Source: Gracilinanus agilis
Taxonomy: Eukaryota
Length of the DNA stretch: 64,000 bases
Direction of reading: 5' to 3'
NCBI RefSeq assembly: GCF_016433145.1
Contig: NC_058130.1
Span: forward strand, 776,270,791 to 776,334,790
Notes under the pieces: model-generated
Database searches by the model: none
Told to the model about the DNA's origin: nothing
What the model saw: the letters and a program-made list of their open reading frames with translations, nothing else
Made by a program: the position numbers and the translations under genes
Shown: in pieces, positions 11,831-24,685 of the stretch
How positions within the stretch are numbered: position 1 is the stretch's first letter
Layout: each line of letters opens with the position of its first letter

Positions 11831-13923
11831 AGACCTTTCTCTTTGTATTGCCAGGCCCAGCCCAGTGCCTGGCCCGTAGTAGGTATCAAATGCATGTTTG
11901 TCCTTGAAATCAGCATGGTTTAGTAGAAAGAGTACTCTCCTGGGAATTGGGTGCCTGCATTTAGTCCTGGCTCTGTCCTTCACCCCTTGTTTGACCTCCT
12001 ACAAGACAGGGGCACCCTGGGAAACGAACGGATTGGACAAGATGATCTCTCAGGCTCTTCCGCTTGGAAAATCTTGCAGTTAAATGGTCAGTCCCTCTGC
12101 CATATCTTCAAGGAATATATATCTATTGAATAAAGTGATGTTCACCATAAAACCACAACATTATGGAAATACCTTGTACACCTCTGAAATGCTACATTTA
12201 GAAACATTTTTTAGAGAGAGCGTTAAACGCAAAAATGGGTACATTAAAGTAGCTTTACTGTTGTAAACAGAACATGCTAAATGGAGGGGTCTTGTTTTTT
12301 TCAGAGCTCTCTTTAATTCCTCAGTATTGCTCAGATGTAATGCGTCTGGTCACTAGGCAGTTTGCCAGGCAGTACAGACAGTAATGGGAGGCTTAGTCTC
12401 ATGAGTCTCTTGGACTTGGCGTTTAGAGCATTAGCTTTGCATGTGTGCTTTGGCATTCTGGCTGTGTCAGCACTGGCTCCACAGATGCCTGTGGCCGGCT
12501 CTCTTGGACTCCTGCGTGTGCCTTCCTCCTCCTAAAAGACAGAGGTTGGCGATTGCTACTCACCACATTGTATAGCAGGCAGAAGGTGGAGGAGCCCGTA
12601 ACCCTGTTGAATCTTAGATCTTGAAGGGACTTGGCTCCACCTTTTCTACCCTACCTCACCACTATTTATAGAAGAGGAAAACTAGGCGAAGGAGGGAGAT
12701 GGATTTGCCCAGGTTTCCACAGGTAGTAAGCAGGCTCAGCAGGTCATAGCTTTAGAACTGGAAGGGACCTTAGAAGTCATCTAGTCCAACCCTCCCATAT
12801 CACAGAAGAGAAAACTGAGGCTCAAAGAAGAGAAATCCCAACCTCAAGGTCACAAAGTCGATGGCAAAGCAAGGATTGGAACCCAGGCTCTCTCACTCCA
12901 GCTCCAGTACTCTTTCCGACTTAACTCAGTGATTGATTTATTAATGTAGCTGCCCCCTTTTTTTTGTGGTAGTTATAATATTTGTTCTACCTGCCTTATT
13001 TCTTTTGCTTGGTGAGTAATCTTTTGCTAACAGGACAAATGTTTGTAGAGAGTTTGTGATAGAATACTGAGTTTTGCTAGTCCTGATGAGATGATGGGTG
13101 CATGTCAACCAGCACCTACTGTTGTGAGTGCCAGTGATTTAAAGGCATGATTTGTTTTATATTCTCCTGCATGCCTCATTTGTAAATAATGCCAGTTTTG
13201 ATTTTCTAACTAGTCAAACTTTCATCTCCTAGGAGAAATTTTTTATCATGAAATAAATTTCTAAGTTGTTGTCACTGAATGAATGAATGAATTCAGTAAA
13301 ATGCCTGAGCCTCTATTTCTGATTTATTTATTGACTTGCTTGCAACCTTGAGAAAATCAGCTAACCTTTTTACTTGTTTCTTTGTGTGTAAAATGGAAAT
13401 GACAATACTGACATTCAATTTCTTTCTTTCATTCTTTTTTTTTTTAAAGTACTTTTCAGGGCTCTGAGGAAAAGTTATTTAAAAACATTACATGTTTTAT
13501 TTTTGTGGCCTCGTAGATAGTCTTCATTCCAGTTATCAAGCATTTATCATTGTTTGTGTTGTAAATAGATAATGCTATTATCCTCATATTGCTTCCAACA
13601 ATTTACACAGCCTTTTTAAGGGAAAAATTAATGTTTTAGCAAAAATTGCTTTCTTTGAAAGTTAGAAAACAGGGTCACCATTTCTGTGCCTCTGCATTTT
13701 CTGATTAGCACATCACCCAAACTGCCCCGTGGGATCTGGCAACTCAATACATAGATAGGATCAGCTTTGTATTTCTAGGTAGGAATAACAAACTGGTAAC
13801 GTTTAAATCTTGACTTGTGATCAGAACTGAAATGCTTTGAGAATAACAGAAAGGGAAGAAGCTTGTGTGGAAATAAACGTCACTCATATTGTCACTCAGT
13901 TGCATGCTTTCCTTTTCCTATAG

Positions 13924-14037
<114 letters not shown>

Positions 14038-14369
14038 TAGGCAAATGCCCATCTTAAAGAAAGCAAGCCTGAAAATGAAGAAGACCTTTGGAAGTCTCTG
14101 ACAGAGAATTTTGAGAATTGGGAATATTAAATTTGGTGCTCATTGGACTTTGACTAAAGGCCAGTTGTTTCCAACAAGCTTTTCATATTGACTTAAGGAT
14201 GAGAGAGAGAGAGCTTATTCGGTGAGTATTGGTTCAAGTAGTGATTGGTTAAATCATACATGCTATTTTCCTTAAGTCAGTAGATGAGGCAACCTGAGTT
14301 TTGAGGTTAGTAAAATGGAATCAGAATTAAACCGAGCAGTTTGGATAATATAAATTAGAGAGAAGAATT

Positions 14370-14525
14370 TTTTTTAAACTCTTACCTTCCATCTTAGAAT
14401 CAATGCTATGTATTGATTCCCAGGCAGAAAAGCAGCAAGGGCTAGGTGATTGGGGTTAAGTGACTTGCCCAGGACCTTCCATCTCCAGGCTTGATTCTCT
14501 ATCTACTAGGCCACCTAGCTGCCCT
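14370..14525 (-). mobile_element. SINE1_Mdo-type SINE, internally deleted
   Basis: Tail, gttaagtgacttgcccagg and head ccacctagctgccc present. Confidence 0.8.
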
Positions 14526-15137
14526 GAGAAGTTTTTGAGAATAATACTTGTATGTTGCCCCTTTAGTTCATTGATAACCTAATTACCTATTGCCGCATCA
14601 TGTATATAGTAGGTCTGCTCCTGCTACACTGCTTAACAAAGACTTTGATGTCATGCCTTTGGCCTTTGCCCGTTTGCTTGGTGGGTTCTACCAGTGCTGA
14701 ACAGGTGAAGCCATACGTGGTTGAGATATAGCACGTCTAGTCAGGCTTTGAGACCTGGTCACTAGGGTTTTCTTCCCCAATGTTAGTCAATCTTGGATTT
14801 CATTCACATGGAGGACTCACATCATGAATGTACATTGCACTGCCTTCTTGCCTTCAATAGATATTTTGATGAGTTGTGACCAAAAAAATAAAGTTTCGTG
14901 GCATACTTGATAATCTTTTTGAACTTAGCTTATTTCAGAATGACAGATGTGGAGTTAATAGAACCTGCCAGAGCTTGGCCACCAAGGATTGCCTTTGAGA
15001 ATCTTGGCACTCCCTCCATTCTGTCAGGCCTCTGGAGGGAGAAGGAAGGCTTAGCTGAAGGGTCTTTCTGATTTGTCTTTGTAGTCTGAATTGGGTGGTG
15101 TGTATATGTGTCTACATGCTTGTTTGCTTTTTTGTAG

Positions 15138-15220
15138 GTAATAAATCTGTATCAGATGACACAAGAGATGTGGGAGGAGAGAATTACTTCATGGTATGCA
15201 GAGCATCGAGGCAGAGCAAG
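15138..15220 (+). CDS. NF2: NF2 exon 6 (contains Blue Box)
   Basis: tag|GTAATA...GCAAG|gtgagc; VINLYQMTQEMWEERITSWYAEHRGRA(R); 83 nt. Confidence 0.99.
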
Positions 15221-16026
15221 GTGAGCCTCCCAAAGGAAATAATGTGATAGATTTCTTAACTAGACAGCTAGACACTGCTAGTTCTTGTTCAGTGAGTAAG
15301 TAGGATCTGAGCCAGCCTTTCTGGGCTGTAAATAACTTTTCATATGAAGCATCTTACGTTGGATACAGTTAATATGCCCTGAGCTATAGAGAGAGAACTT
15401 GGGATGTTTGGTTGCAAGGATTTGGGAGTAGAGCCACGCATCGGACAGTGCAACCAGCCCTAGCAGAGAAAGAGCCCTCTGTAATTCTTCTGGGTGCTTA
15501 ATCTGTCTTTTTGAAGGAAGCAGCTTGTAAAAGATGAATTAAAGTCTCAAATAAGGGTCACCAGACATGATTGCTTGGGACTGAAGCAAATGGAAATGTT
15601 TTTAGGTGGTTTTAGATAGCATCACTTTTGACTTGGGATAAAAAATATGAATTTTGAAATCTTGGTCTCCTCCCATTAAACCTAAGGTAAATTAGCAGGA
15701 AAGTTACCTGGGATACTGATTTCAATTCCTTGTAACTGCACGAAGAGCTTCCTAATGGCTAATATTATCTAAAACTTAGGTAAAATAATGCATTCCTGTG
15801 ACTTATTAGGTACTTGTTAGGTACTTATTAGGGTACTTGTAGAGGATTCATATTTCAGTATTTAGATGGATTAGATGATTTCTGAGGTCCCATCTGATTT
15901 TAAGAGGATGTGACTCTATTCCCCTTTTTTTATGAGGATGAAGTCTTTCTTGCTGCCCTCTCAAGGCAGCCTAAAGTTACTCTGAGGGCCCAGGACCTTG
16001 CCTTTCTGAACAGCGACTCTTTATAG

Positions 16027-16167
<141 letters not shown>

Positions 16168-16539
16168 TAATCCTGTGTCTCTTTATTGTACCCAATAATC
16201 TAATCCAGTAAACCTTTATTAAGAACCTATGATATGCTGGATCCTGTGCTAAACATTGGGAATATAATTTAAACAAAAAAAAAGACAGTTCAGAGTTCCA
16301 CCTTCTAGTGAGAGAGGAAAGGAAGTTGAGGGAGGTGATCCCTCAAGGCTTGAGTCAGCAGCATAGTAGTGAATTTAGAAATTATGAGCTTTTCTTGGGA
16401 GAGGGGCATCTTACTCTCTGCCTCCAAGACCAGGGCCTGATTGCTTGAGCATTCCAGGCAGTTGGTAGTACCATGTAGGCTGTGGGGTCAGTGGGACTAG
16501 ACAGAGGAGGGAGGGAAAGAATGAAAAAGCCTAAAGCTT

Positions 16540-19260
16540 GGCACAGTGACTCCCCAACCCTAGGTGAGCAGAGCCCAAATTTAACGTAAAGTTCAAAGTC
16601 AAGAAATATACTGGAACATTGAGCAAACAACCAAAAAAAGAACCTGACCATAAAAGGCTATTATAGTGGGAAAAACTTAGAAGACAACAATGTAAAAACT
16701 GCCACAAGCAACAAAAATGCTATTGGCCCCTGCCCAGCAAGAATTCCTGGGAGACTTAAAGAAAGTGATGAATAGTAGAGGAAAAACTGAGAGATGTAAG
16801 AAAATTACAAAAAGAGAATTATCAGTTTGATTTTTTTTAAAAAAGGCACCAAAAGTATTTGAAGAAAAGAACACCTTAAAAACCAGAATTATTGGCCTAA
16901 TGGTAAAAGAGGCACAAAAATCAGCTAAAGGAAAAAAATTCATAAAAAGCAGAATAGACTAAATGAAAAAAGAGGCATGGTAGCTCACTGAAGAAAATAA
17001 TTCTTTAAAAATTAGAACAAGGAAGGACTTAATAGTGGAGGAGGAAATAAGGGAATATCAGGCAATGCTTGAACCTACTCTCATTGGGATTGGTTCAAAA
17101 AGGGAATAATATATAAACACACTTAGTTGGGTATAGAAATCTGTCTTACCCAATAGAGAAATAGGAGGGGAACAGGACAAGAGATGTAAGTGTTAAGATT
17201 CTTAGAATGCCAAGATCACTCTATTACAGATATGAATAATATGAAAATAGATTTTTTTACAATGATACATGTATAACCCAGTGGAATTACTTGTCCGCTC
17301 TGGGATGGGGGAGGGAAAAGGGGTGGGAAGAATCACAGATCATGTAACCATGGGGGAAATATTCTTAATTAATTAATTTAAGATAAATAAATAAAATAGC
17401 ATAAAAAAAGATTCTTAAGAGGCCAAAGAAAGGGATATAGGCTATTATTAAATTTTTACGTAAGGAATGATAAAAGAGAAGACAGATTAAGAGAAGCAGT
17501 GATCAGAAACAAAACAGACTTTTAAAGAGAGACAGGATTAAAAAAAAGATAAACAGAAGAAAATAAGAGGAAAATAACACAGTAATAATAACTAAATGTG
17601 ACTAGGATGAGCTAACTCATAGAATGGAAGTGGATGGTAGACTGGTTTAGAAACTGTACTCCAACAAAATGTTGTTTACAAGACACACTTGAAACAGAAA
17701 GACACATGGTTAAAAAAAAAAAAAAAGGATGGAGCAGAATATATTATTTTTCAACAGAAATAAAAAAGGCAGGGGTAGCAACCACAATCTCAGACAAAGC
17801 CAAAGCAAAAAAAGACCTAATTAAATGAGACAACCAGGGAAACTACAATTTTGAGGGCAGCTACATGCCTCAGTGGATTGTGAGAGCCAAGTCCAGAGAT
17901 GGGAGATCCTGGGTTCAAATCTGGCCTCAGACACATCCTAATGGGTGATCAAGTCACTTAACCCCCATTGCCTAACCCTTGCCATTCTTCTGCCTTAAAA
18001 TCAATACATTATATTGATTCTAAGACAGAAAGGTTGTTTTTTTTTTTAAATAGAGAAAGAAACTACATTTTGCTAAAAGACATAGATAATGACAGTCAAA
18101 AAATATTACATCAAGATTCTCTGATAAAGGTCTCATTTCTTAAATATATTGAGAATCGAATCACATTTATAAAAAAAGAGCCATTTCTCAATTGATAAAT
18201 GGTCATATGAACAAGCAGTTTTCAGAAGAAGAAATCAGAGCTACTTATAGTCATATAAAAATGCCTAAAGCATTATTGATTTTTGTTGTTGTTCAGTCGT
18301 TTTTCAGTCATGTCAGACTCTTTGTGACTCCATTTCATTTTTTTTTTGTTTGGTTGGTTTTTTTGACAAAGATACTGGAATGGTTTGCCATTTCCTTCTC
18401 CAGCTCATTTTATAGATGAGGAAACTGAGGCAAACAGGATTCAGTGATTTACACACAGTCACCCAGCTATTACATATCTGAGGCCAGATTTGAACTTATG
18501 AATATAAGTCTCCTGATTCCAGACCTAATACTCTATCCACTGTTCCACCTTATCTGAGGGAAAATGGGTATACTAATAAACTATTTCTGGAGTTGTGAAC
18601 TGGCCTAGCCATTCTGGAAAACAATTTGGAACTATTCTTAACGGGCTGTAAATTCTCCTACTAGTTCTGTATCCCAAAGAGATAAAGAAAAATGAAAAGT
18701 ACCTCCAAGAACAAAAATATTTGTAGCAATTCTTTCTGGGATGGCAAAGAATTGGAAATTTAGGGGAATGGTTGAATAAGTTATAGCATGTGATTGTGAT
18801 AGAATACTATTATGTATAAAAATACCAAGGAGAGTGGCTTCAGAAAATCCTGAAAAGACTTATATGAACTGATGCAAATTGAAGCGAGAACTGGGAGAGC
18901 ATTGTGCACATTAGCAGTAATGTTATAATGATGATCAACTGTGAAAGACTTGGTTGCTCAGATGAATACAGTGATCCAAGACAGTTCCAGAGGACTCATA
19001 ATGAAGTAATGCTACCCACTTCCCAAGAGAGAATAGATGAACTCTTAAGTGTAAACTGGAGTATTATTTTCTCACTTAATTTTACCTCACTTTATTTTTG
19101 CAATATGACTAATATGGAAATATGTTTTGCATTATTTCATTTGTATAATTGATAACATTTTGCTTGCTTTCTCGATAGTAGGGAATGGTTGAGAAGGAGA
19201 GAATTTGAAACCCAATATTTAACAAGAAAAGAGTATCAAAAATAAATAGAAGATTTTGCT
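16540..19260 (+). mobile_element. Fragmented L1 (ORF1 start, EN, ORF2 end, 3'UTR) with inserted SINE 17855..18048 (+) and Mar1 18283..18552 (-)
   Basis: ORF 17634..17828 WFRNCTPTKCCLQDT...KKAGVATTISDKAK is L1 endonuclease; ORF2 3' and UTR motifs follow. Confidence 0.82.
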
Positions 19261-19269
19261 TCTGACCAT

Positions 19270-21270
19270 TTCCTCTTTTAATCTGCTTTCTCTTTTATCA
19301 CTTCCTCCCTTTTCCTAGCCCCGTTCTCTTCCTACTTCCCTGTTAGGTAAAATGGACTTCTATACTCAATTAAAAATGCATCCGTATTCATCTCTTTGAA
19401 CCAGTAATGATGAGAGTGATTCTTTTCACACCTCCTCTCCCTTCCCCCTTCTCCTAGGGCATCCCTCTTTCTTACCTCCTTTTTAAATTTTTTTGTGTGT
19501 GTTTGTGCATTCATCCCAACATAGTCAATACACACTCATTACCTCTGACCTTTTAGAGTCCTTTTAACGGCCCCTAAGAATGATAACATTCTTAGGAATT
19601 AGATGTATCTTCCCATATAAGAATATAAACAGTTTAACTTTATTGTGTCCTTTATGGTTTCTCTTTCATGTTTACCTTTTTATACTTCTCTTGAGTCTTG
19701 TGTCTGAATGTTAAATTTTATATTCAGTTCTGAGGTTTTCATCAGGAATGTTTGAAAGTCCTTTATTTTGTGAAATTTCAATTCCACCCCCCACCCCGAA
19801 ATGATTACCCTCAGTTTTGTAATCCTAGCTCTATCACCCTCCAGAATATCATATTCCAAGCCCTCTGAACCTTTAATACAGAAGCTGCTAAATCTTGCAT
19901 GATCTTGACTGTGGCTCCCCACTGTTTGAATTATGTCTTTTTGACTGCCTGAAATATTTTTTTCCTTTATCTGGGAGCTGTGAAATTTGACCATTCTATT
20001 CCTGGGGGTTTTCATTTTGGAATATCTTTCGGGAGATGATTGGTAGATTCTTTTAATTTCTATTTTACTCTCTGGATCTAAGATATTAGAGCAGTTTTCC
20101 TGGATAATTTCTTGAAATATGATGTCTAGCCTCTTCTTTTGATCATTGACTTTCAGGTAGTCCGATAATTCTTAAACTATCTCTCCTAGATCTATTTTCC
20201 AGGTCATTTTCTTTTCTGAGGAGATATTTCACATTTTCTTCCATTTTTTTCCCCATTCTTTTGACTTTATTGTTTCTTGATGTCTCCTGGAGTCAATAAG
20301 TTCCACTTGCCTAATTCTTATTTTTAAGGAATTATTTTTTTCAGAGAAATTTTCTGCCTTCTTTCAACCAAGGTGTAATTCTCATTTCATAATTTTCTTG
20401 CAATCACTGTCATTTCTTTTCCCAGTTTTTCCTCTATCCATTCATCACTTTCTTTAACTCTTCCAGAAATTCCTGTTGGGCTTGTGTTCAATTAGCAGTT
20501 CTTGTTGAGGCTTTGCTTGCAGCTATTTTCACATTATTGTCGTCTGAGTTTTTTAATGGTCAAGTTCGTTTTTAGTTGATTGCTCATCAGTTACTTTCTT
20601 GACTTTGAAATTTATGTTAAAGCTTACCTCTGCTCACCTGGGGCTGGGGAGGTACTATGCCAAGTTTCAGGCTTTTTAATGATGCTGTTTTCAGAACTAG
20701 TTCTGGGAGTCTGCAAGTTTTGATGCTTCCTCAGAAAGGAAGGTGGCGTTATCTTGGGAGAGGTGTGGTCACTCTCCTCCTAGTCTGTGCTCTGGTCTTT
20801 ATCCAGGAAAGGGCTCTGCTCCCTTGCAACTACAAGTGCTTGTGCTCCCCTTGACCCCAGACCTGTGGCCAGGGCCCTTGCTCCCTTGTGACTGACTATA
20901 ATACTCCTCTCAGCCCTGAAACTGAGACCCAGAACAGCAACAGGCTCTGCACCCAGAGCCCACAAAGGGTCCCGTATAATTTCTTTTTGACTAGTTATCC
21001 ATCCCTCCTTACCATCTCTGAGCTGAGAACTCCTCACACTGCTCCTGCCTTTATTGTGGCTGCCATGTATGCTTCAGGTTGATCTTCATCCCAGTGTCAC
21101 AGACCTTTCCTGCTAATCTAAAGTCATCTTAGATTGTAAAAAATGTTTTGCCCTGACCTTTTGTTGACTTTACTGCTTCAGAATTCAATTTGAGACATTA
21201 TTTTAAAGTTCTTTACAGGGGAATGCTGGAAGGGTTCAACTGGGTTGCTACTCTACTCTGCCATCTTGGC
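19270..21270 (-). mobile_element. L1 5' portion (5'UTR and ORF1), antisense to NF2
   Basis: ORF 19680..20015 (-) KTPRNRMVKFHSSQIKEK...DFQTFLMKTSELNIKFNIQTQ resembles marsupial L1 ORF1p. Confidence 0.82.
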
Positions 21271-21462
21271 TTTGCCCCCTTCCTATTATTAATTATTTTT
21301 ACTCTAAATTTTAACATGTTTAAAAAATTTTTGAATTTCAAATTCCCTCTTTCTCTCCCCTCCTCTCCGTTGTGAAGACAAGCAGTTTAATATAATGTAT
21401 ACATGTGCAGTCCTACAAAACACATTTCCATATTAATCATGTTGTCAAAGAAAACACACCCA

Positions 21463-21640
21463 GGGCAGCTGGGTAGCTCAGTGGATTGAGAGGCCTAAAA
21501 ACGGGAGGTCCTAGGTTTAAATCTGGCCTCAGACAGTTCCCAGCTGGGTGACCCTGGGCAAGTCACTTGACCCCCATTGCCCACCCTTACCGCTCTTCCA
21601 CCTAGGAGCCAATGCACAGAAGTTAAGGGTTAAAAAAAAC
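21463..21640 (+). mobile_element. Young SINE1_Mdo-type SINE
   Basis: Full-length, short-tail variant ...ccacctaggagccaatgcacagaagttaagggtt. Confidence 0.9.
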
Positions 21641-21676
21641 CAAAACACCCCCACCCTCAAAACAAGAAAAAAACAA

Positions 21677-21770
21677 TTTTTTAAAACTCTTACCTTCTGC
21701 CTTAGGATCAATACTATGTATTGGTTCCAAGGCAGAGGAGTAGTAAGGGCTAGGCTATCCAGCTGCCCCC
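21677..21770 (-). mobile_element. SINE1_Mdo-type SINE with large internal deletion
   Basis: About 15 nt of head fused directly to the 3' tail. Confidence 0.8.
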
Positions 21771-22382
21771 TGTTTAAAGTATTTTATGATCAGTCAGAGG
21801 AATTATGAATCTTAGGTTAGTAGTACATGCCTGCTCCCAAAGTGTTCCAAAAAAAGAAGATCCATCTCTGCTTAATAGCTGGATTATGCTAACTGCTCAT
21901 ACTCATCTGGTGCTTTACATATGTTACCTGATCCTCAAAATATCTCTGGAGGCAGCTAGAGCAAGTGTCATTATCCCAGCTTTACAAATGAGGAAGCAAG
22001 GGCCAATGACTCCTGCAGTGCTTCATAAGCTAGTGAGTGTCTGAATTGTGACTAAATCAGAGGTCTTAAGGCAAAGCCCAGAGTGCCCTTTCCACTCTAT
22101 TCTGCTTACCGTCTTTAGAGTCACTGTGCCTTCTGAATAACCGCCCATCCGTCATCCTATGTTCTTGACTCAGAGTTCGATTTCTGGGTCATCAGTAAGT
22201 GGGTGAGTGAAGTGGCGTGCCTTCCCCGTCTTCCTCTGCACTAGAGAAACCCTGTGGGGCTGTGACATGAGCACCATCTCCACATTAGGAGGGGGTTAAG
22301 ATTGAGTTGGACCAAGAGTTTTTGGTGACCATCCCGACTGCAGCTTGTCAGGTACATAATCACCTTTAAAAAAATGGACTTG

Positions 22383-22566
22383 AGGGGGCAGCTGGATAGC
22401 TCAGTGGAGTGAGAGCCAGGCCTAGAGACGGGAGGTCCTAGGTTCAAACCTGGCCTCAGCCACTTCCCAGCTGTGTGACCCTGGGCAAGTCACTTGACCC
22501 CCATTGCCCACCCTTACCAATCTTCCACCTATGAGACAATACACCGAAGTACAAGGGTTTAAAAAA
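22383..22566 (+). mobile_element. Very young SINE1_Mdo-type SINE, perfect 15-bp TSD
   Basis: TSD aaaaaaatggacttg at 22368-22382 and 22567-22581; TT/AAAA target site. Confidence 0.95.
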
Positions 22567-22744
22567 AAAAAAATGGACTTGGTCAGTTACAGTTCTAGTT
22601 ACAGTTCCCTCCACTGCTATTAAGGATAACTTTTTCTATTTACATTTTCCTTCTATGTCACTGATAATAGTGGTTGTTTAATTACAATTACAAAATTCTA
22701 ATTTTATCAGTGAACTTCACTGTACTACTTCTTTAGTGATGGTC

Positions 22745-24070
22745 TTTAAATTCTCACTTTAAAAAAAAGTTTAATTTAGTTTTAAAAGATTAACATTCAT
22801 TAAAAAAGAAAAAAGAAAACTCTCGTAACAAATGTGCATAGACAAACAAAACAAATTCCTATATTTGACTGTATGCAAAAAAGATTTGTCTTAGTCTGTC
22901 TCCTGAGTCCATCACTTCTCTGTCAGGACAAACTGACCGCTTCATGAGGAGTCATCTGGAATTGGTTGGTCATTGCAGTGAGCAGAGTTCTCTAGTCTTT
23001 CTAAGTTGTTTATCTTTATTGTGTTGTCATTATTGAATAAATATCCTGGTTCTGTTTACCCCACTCTAAGTCAGTTTAGACAAGTCTTCCCATGTTTCTC
23101 GGAAACTGTCCCCTTCCTTCATCATTTATTGCACAATAGAATTGTTACATTCGTATGCCATGATTTGTTTAGCCATTTACAATTGGGGAGGACACCCTTA
23201 GCCTCCAGTTCTTTACAACCACAACCAGAGCTGTTATAAATACTTTTGTGTACATGGATCCTTCTCTTTCTTCTTTGCCACTTAGGCCATAGACTGAGTA
23301 GTAGCACCACTGGGTCAAAGGGTATGCACAAGTTAGTGCCTCTTTGGGGGTAATGAATACAGAATGGCTATCCAAAGTCATAGCTCCACCACTAGCATAT
23401 TACTGTACCTGTTTTCCCATGGCCACTCCAGCAGTTGTCATTTGTCAACCATGCCAGTCTGTCGGGTATAAGTTAGGACCTCAAAAGTTTACCTTTTTCC
23501 AAGTATTAGTGATTTGAGGCATTTTCCCATGATTATAGAGAGTTTGGATGTCTTCCCGGGAGAGATGCATATTCGTGTCCCTCAACCATTTATATCTGTT
23601 GGAGAATGGCTCTTCATCTTGCAGATTTCAGTCAGTTCTTTAGTCTTAGTGACTAAGGCTTCTTGGGTTCCATGTATGTCTTGGAAGTGATGAAGTCAAG
23701 GATTTTTTTCAAACTATTATTGGCTTCCCTTTTAATTTTTAATTTGGATACAATGGTTTTGTTTGCGCAAAAATGTTTTAAGTGTTGTGTAATCAAAATT
23801 ATGCCTTTGTGATTCTGTCGCTTGTTTGGTCATGAATTCTTTCCTTATCTGACAGCTAATTTTCTCCTTGCCCCCTTCATTTGGTTATGGCTTCTTTCTT
23901 TATGTCTAAGGCATGTATCCATTTGGGTCCTAACTTTGGTATGTGGTATGAGATGGTGCTCTATAGTCCTAATTTCTACCAAACTATTTTCCTGTTTTCT
24001 GAGCAGTTTGTGTCAGATAGTGAGTTTTTAGCCTAGTAACTTGGGTCTTTGGGTTTATTTTAAATTTTCT
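22745..24070 (-). mobile_element. L1 3' portion
   Basis: ORF 23122..23331 (-) CIPFDPVVLLLSL... is a decayed L1 ORF2 C-terminus. Confidence 0.8.
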
Positions 24071-24079
24071 ATTTTCCCC

Positions 24080-24278
24080 CCTTAAGAACCCTTACCTTCT
24101 GTCTCAGAATCAATACTAAGTATCCATTCTAAAGCATTAGAGGCTAAGGACTAGGCAGTAAGAGTTAAGTGACTTGCCCAGGGTCATAAAGCTAGGAAGT
24201 ATCCGAAGTCACATTTGAACCCAAGATCTGTTCATTCCAGGCCTGACTTTCTATGAGGCAAGCCACCTAGATGCCCCT
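24080..24278 (-). mobile_element. SINE1_Mdo-type SINE (older)
   Basis: Tail, body and head ccacctagatgcccc. Confidence 0.82.
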
Positions 24279-24466
24279 TAAACTTTCTTTTGATGTTAAT
24301 AAATAAGCAGCCCTTAAATGCATGTCCTTTCTTTAGCCTGTGGATATTCTTTGAGCTAGTATTATTTCCTTAGGAAGCCACAGGCCACCCTCTCTGGATT
24401 AACCAACTGTTGTGTCTTCAGCTGGAACCAATTGAAATTTAACTGTATGGATCTTGTTAAAGGTGA

Positions 24467-24685
<219 letters not shown>

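Noticed and set aside
12973-13017. 39-nt pseudo-exon with donor ttg|gtgagt
   Set aside because: Weak acceptor; such matches are common by chance.
1-13923. NF2 exon 4 (VKKQILDEK...)
   Set aside because: No matching sequence found; it lies upstream of the window unless hidden in the 173-N gap, which is flanked by repeats.
14165-14227. Cryptic exon in intron 5 ending at donor tcg|gtgagt
   Set aside because: Good donor but weak acceptors; cannot be tied to the human cryptic exon 5a from sequence alone.
15801-15842. Four degenerate copies of acttattaggt
   Set aside because: Ordinary short slippage repeat; too small and irregular to be an array.
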